A DNA stretch of 64,000 nt from Psammoneis japonica (lineage: Eukaryota), in assembly GCA_008632985.1 (NCBI GenBank), contig QPGO01000178.1, positions 1 to 64,000 of the forward strand, given 5' to 3'. Shown here one piece after another: positions 59,945 to 64,000 of this stretch. Every line of letters begins with the position of its first letter. Within the stretch, counting starts at the first letter, position 1. The notes beneath the pieces are model-generated. The model saw only the letters and a program-made list of their open reading frames with translations, ran no database searches and was not told where the DNA came from. Both the position numbers and the translations under genes were made by a program.

Positions 59945-62643
59945 ATGAGCTTTACATTTAATGAATCCTCTTCGGAGGATGAAGACTTTGTGAATAGCTT
60001 CGCAGCATCTGCTTCCGCTCCGGTCAATGGCCTTGGCTCGTCGACTTTGAAGCCATCAGTAGTTGATACGAGTACTTCCATAGAGGCGGCCACCGGGGCC
60101 AATGCCGCGGACAGCCCCTTCTTGTCAGACGACGATGAGTCGTTACAAGATGTTGATTGGGAAGATGCGGAAAGTGTAGGAGAGGAGACTGGCAATGAAA
60201 TAGAAAAGGAAGAAGAAGAAGAAGCGATTATCGACCCGAAACCTGCGGGTCCTGTTCCAATCACGATTGATCTGAATTCCAAACCTCCAGCGAAGAAAAC
60301 ACCTGCGAAAAAGAAGAGAAAGATATCGAGGAAGGCCTACGGCTTTAATAGGCTTCCTGATGGACTCAAAAAGGTGCTGCTAAACATTCACCGGTCTCAT
60401 ATGCTGACTCTTACGAGTCGCGTCGTGCACCTTTCTCGATGTTGCTCCGACGTGGAGTTGTTGCACTTGGCGAGTAGTATATGCCCAGAAGAGTATGTTT
60501 CTGCCAATAATGAAATCCCTACTGAATCTCAGCTGCGAGCCTTTTGCTTGTGGTACTTTGATCTTGTAAACAATGCGGAGCAGAGATTGCAGAGACGACT
60601 AGAGTACAATCGACGTGCCGGGGCACCCACAGCACGGCGTAACCGCGGATCAAACAAGTGGCAAAAGAAAATGCCTTCACGTCAGACAAATGTAAGTGCC
60701 ATGTTCAATGAAATCCCAGGGAGTAACAAGTCCGCATGGAAGAGTTTTGACTCGTGTGATTACCTTTTCGCAGATTCAAGGAGAAGGAAGAACCAATCCG
60801 TTTCATTTCACCCGACTGTGTTGCTACTTGCCTACAACCTTGGACGAAAACCCACAGCTGTTCGAAAATGATGACGATCGCCCCTCAATGACACAAAATG
60901 ACAAAGCTCAACTGCTGGTCGCAATGGCTAGGTACGCATTTGGCACCGTAGACCTTCCCTGTCTTCTTTTGGTATATACTTCTTACATTTTTCATTTTTG
61001 CGAACAGGTCAATTGGATGGAGAGCCCGACTTGTCGTTGATTTGGATCCAATCAGCTGTAATCTTCATCCTGATCATCCGTTCTTTGTTAGTGGTTTTAA
61101 AAACGTGTTTCAAAGCATTCTTCAAAATGGGAGCTGCGTGCACGACGCAGCAAAAAAGATGCCAGCCAAGGAGAATGGGAGAAATGGCAATGTCGCACGC
61201 CGTCAGTCCGATTCTCCCCGCGAAGAGATTAGTAGCGACGTTCTGATGTGGGTAGAAATCCTCTGTCAGCGGAATATGGACTCCGCATCGAAACAGACCG
61301 CCAACAGAAAGTCGGGATACCGCTGGATGCATGTTGACCCAGGCCAAGAGCTCATAAATCAACCCAAAACGGTGGAATCAATTCTTGGGAACCTACGAAG
61401 CGTCCAAACGACACAACGGAGAAATCAAACCATTTCCTATGCTCTTGCAGTAGAACACTGTGTCACTGATTTTGAAGAGAGCAAGTACAGTGTTCGAGTG
61501 ACGGACGTGACGGCTCGATACGCCGCGGCATGGTCAAAAACTCTAGCTCAACGAGGTTTCGCATCACCTGGTCTTCAAAAGAAGAAATGTGTTCATCAGC
61601 CGTGGTGGGAGGAAACTTTAAAGCAAATCAACAGTGCCTTTTCATCGGCTAAACCGAAAAGTGTTGCGGCGAAGGCACACAGTTCCGACGCTCCTTTTCA
61701 CTCTAGTGATCATCACGATGAAGCAGAGTCTCTCGAGAAGGCTGAACTTTTGGAATCGGTCACCAATGAGGCTCTCCCTACCAGCAAGAAAGCTTTCAAG
61801 AACCATCCTCTTTATGCAATTGCTTCCTTGCTCAATTCTACTCAAGTGTTGGCCCCAGACGCCAAGAAGCGGGTGTGCGGCATCTTCAAAGGAGAACTTG
61901 TATACCGTCGAAACGACGTTAGTACCGCGCTTACCGCAAAACAGTGGCTTTATCAAAATCGACAAGTCAAGAGTGTGGAAATCGAGAAGCCAATTAAGCG
62001 TGTCAAGGCAAGGAAGAAACCAAGTACGTCAGCTGGTGGCTTCAGGGCGCTGAAATCTTATGGCGTCGGTAGTACTAACGACGGTTCTGCGCGAGCTAGG
62101 GAACGAGACATTGAGCAAGCGTCCATTCCAATAGACGATCAGCCCGAGATGGACAAGCTTTATGCCATATGGCAGACAAGACAGTGGTCTCCACCATTCG
62201 TAGGGCCGGACGATATGATACCTGTCAACGAGTACAACAACGTTGATGTGGCGCTGCTAAATCCAGGTTTGATTCATCTTAGAGAACAGAGAATATCAGT
62301 GGTGGCGAAACGCCTCGGAATGTGAGTCTTTCTTGTCTGTCCACAGCAAGGCATTGTTCATTCTCACAGTCTATTTGTCTGTTGTCAATGCAGCCCATAC
62401 GCTCCCGCTTTGTTGGGATTCGAAGGACAAGGCGGAAATCGCGTTCCAACAATAAGGGGCATTGTGGTCCATGAACATAACGCAGAGTTACTGCGAGCGG
62501 CTCATGCTGAATATCAAAGCGAGGCAATTGAAACTGAGATTGACAAGCGCCAAGAACTGATATACAAGAGATGGAAGAAACTAATTGTTGGAATCCAAAC
62601 CAAAGTTCGGTTGGAACGTGAATACGGAAGCAAGGAATCATGA
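59945..62643 (+). CDS. XPC: XPC/Rad4 nucleotide-excision-repair damage sensor
   Basis: WVEI..RWMHVDP, DVTARYA, LPTSKKAFKNHPLYA, IPVNEYNNVDV, VAKRLG and GFEGQGGNRVPTIRGIVV; several introns. Confidence 0.92.
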
Positions 62644-62766
62644 GAACTCTTGCTCTTTTTTTTTTTGAAGTCGTGAACAATCTGCTGTTGAAAATATATG
62701 TTATAAAATACACATGCTATTATTCCCCCCCCCCCCCCCCCGTCATCAAAGGCTCAAGCTTCATTT

Positions 62767-63779
62767 TCAATCGACGTAAGAAAAGTGAACAGACTCAAGA
62801 GTGCCCTTCGTATCCTCGCAATTGTCCGTGATTTCCTTCTTCATCCCTTCTTCCATCCACATTCTGAAATCCTTAGTGCTTTTGTATGCCATCCTGTGCC
62901 ACCCTAAAGCTCCAGTCGTACCACCGGAATCATTGTCGTCGGGTCTGCAAAGACTACACTCTGCGATGACCCTCACCTCAACAGCCCACCGGTCTCGCTT
63001 GGGGCTTTTCTTCCTTCGACGAAGCATGCGGTCCCCACTGTTTCCTTGACGTCTTTCCAGTTCTTTGATGGCTTGGTTTGCCCACGCCTCTATTTCATTG
63101 TGTGCCTTTTCATGTTTGGACTTTGCACCCACGACCGTCTCTTCTCTAAGCTTCGTTGCCTCCTGCAACTCCATTTCGAGCACTGTCCCGCCTCCTTTTT
63201 GGTTCTCTCAAAAAGATCTTTCGCCGCAGCTTCTGCACGTTCAAAGTCCTTGGAAGCATTAGCAACGAGCTCGTCCTTATTCGGCTTGCTTGAGGCGCTC
63301 TTCTCTTCGCGCACAAGATCGTCAACTGCTTTCTTGAGCGCTTTCTCAAGAAAAGCTTCTGCCTTGCGAAGTGCATTCTCGAAATTTCTCTTCAATGTTG
63401 ATTCCGTAGCCTTAAAGACTTTATCCGCATCTATTTCAGTGGTTTCCAACTCTTTCTTGAGTGCGTTCTGTTCTTGTTCCTTGATCTTCTCGACGGACTC
63501 GACGCTCGTAACTTTGCCCCATTTGGTATCAGGAGGGTATCCCTTCACTTCCACCAAATAGCTCTGTGCGATATCAGCCATTTTATGCTGAATAGTCTTC
63601 TCTAGACAATGTTGATGGGTGGGTGGATGTTCGCTTTCTTTGAACACAATTTCAAAGAGGTATTGGTCAGTGTTCAGTTTTCTGTTCCACTGGGCGGTTT
63701 CGCTGACTCGACGCAGCCCATTGTCTCTGGCCATTGCAGTGCCGACGAAAGCAAGTAACACGATCGATTGAGGAATCAT
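62767..63779 (-). CDS. Hypothetical secreted coiled-coil protein
   Basis: Signal peptide MIPQSIVLLAFVGTAMA; E/K/A-rich helical ORFs 63090-63827 and 62767-63183 joined by a probable frameshift at ~63185. Confidence 0.65.
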
Positions 63780-64000
63780 ATGGCTAGAAAAGTATTTCGT
63801 GTCTTCCTTGTCGTTGACTCTGCACAAATAATAAACTACAGTGCAAAAAAAAATGAGAGGGTTCCGTCACTACGTTACTTGGTTCTACGGAGTTTTTCGT
63901 CATGAAAGGGCTTAAGTGTTGATGACACCAAAGACATCCGAAGGCATAGTCGTAGAGTACAACTAACTCCACACATGGTCGTAGAAAGACTCGAGGTCAT

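Noticed and set aside
59945..62643. XPC and the DNMT3-like gene forming a functional cluster responsible for the hypermutation
   Set aside because: They are ~36 kb apart among unrelated housekeeping genes; co-occurrence in one window is not evidence.

Overview
Eukaryotic nuclear DNA, most likely from a pennate diatom: short GT-AG introns, ASAFAP-type plastid presequences and a diatom-type (CoDi-like) Copia element. About 36 kb is ordinary compact gene space with ~17 genes: 5'-nucleotidase/EF-hand, dirigent-like, DNMT3-like C5 methyltransferase, SPFH/band 7, tail-to-tail NAE1 + UBA3, GT90, two CRAL-TRIO, a multi-pass membrane protein, fructosamine kinase, HopJ-domain, double Spondin_N, XPC/Rad4 and several hypotheticals. 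The rest (~26-28 kb in 7 blocks) is transposon or pseudogene DNA almost devoid of TpA and, in the most degenerate blocks, of CpG. Main observation: these blocks carry a directional, both-strand TpA->TpG/CpA hypermutation (A:T->G:C at TpA, the reverse of fungal RIP). Conserved tyrosines fix the direction. In one duplicated 1.2 kb segment roughly 40 of ~55 TpA changed against ~3 of ~55 CpG (counted by eye). The change appears to act in place after insertion, prefers 5'-TAY, and spares YTAR and element ends. Also present: nested MULE-like elements with 9-bp target duplications, one carrying 1,3-beta-glucan synthase fragments, and recurring (CT)n/(AG)n hairpins upstream of genes and at block borders. 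Many single-base homopolymer deletions in otherwise intact genes suggest an imperfectly polished long-read assembly, so a base-calling artefact must be excluded for the main claim. Protein calls rest on motif recognition only; no searches were run.
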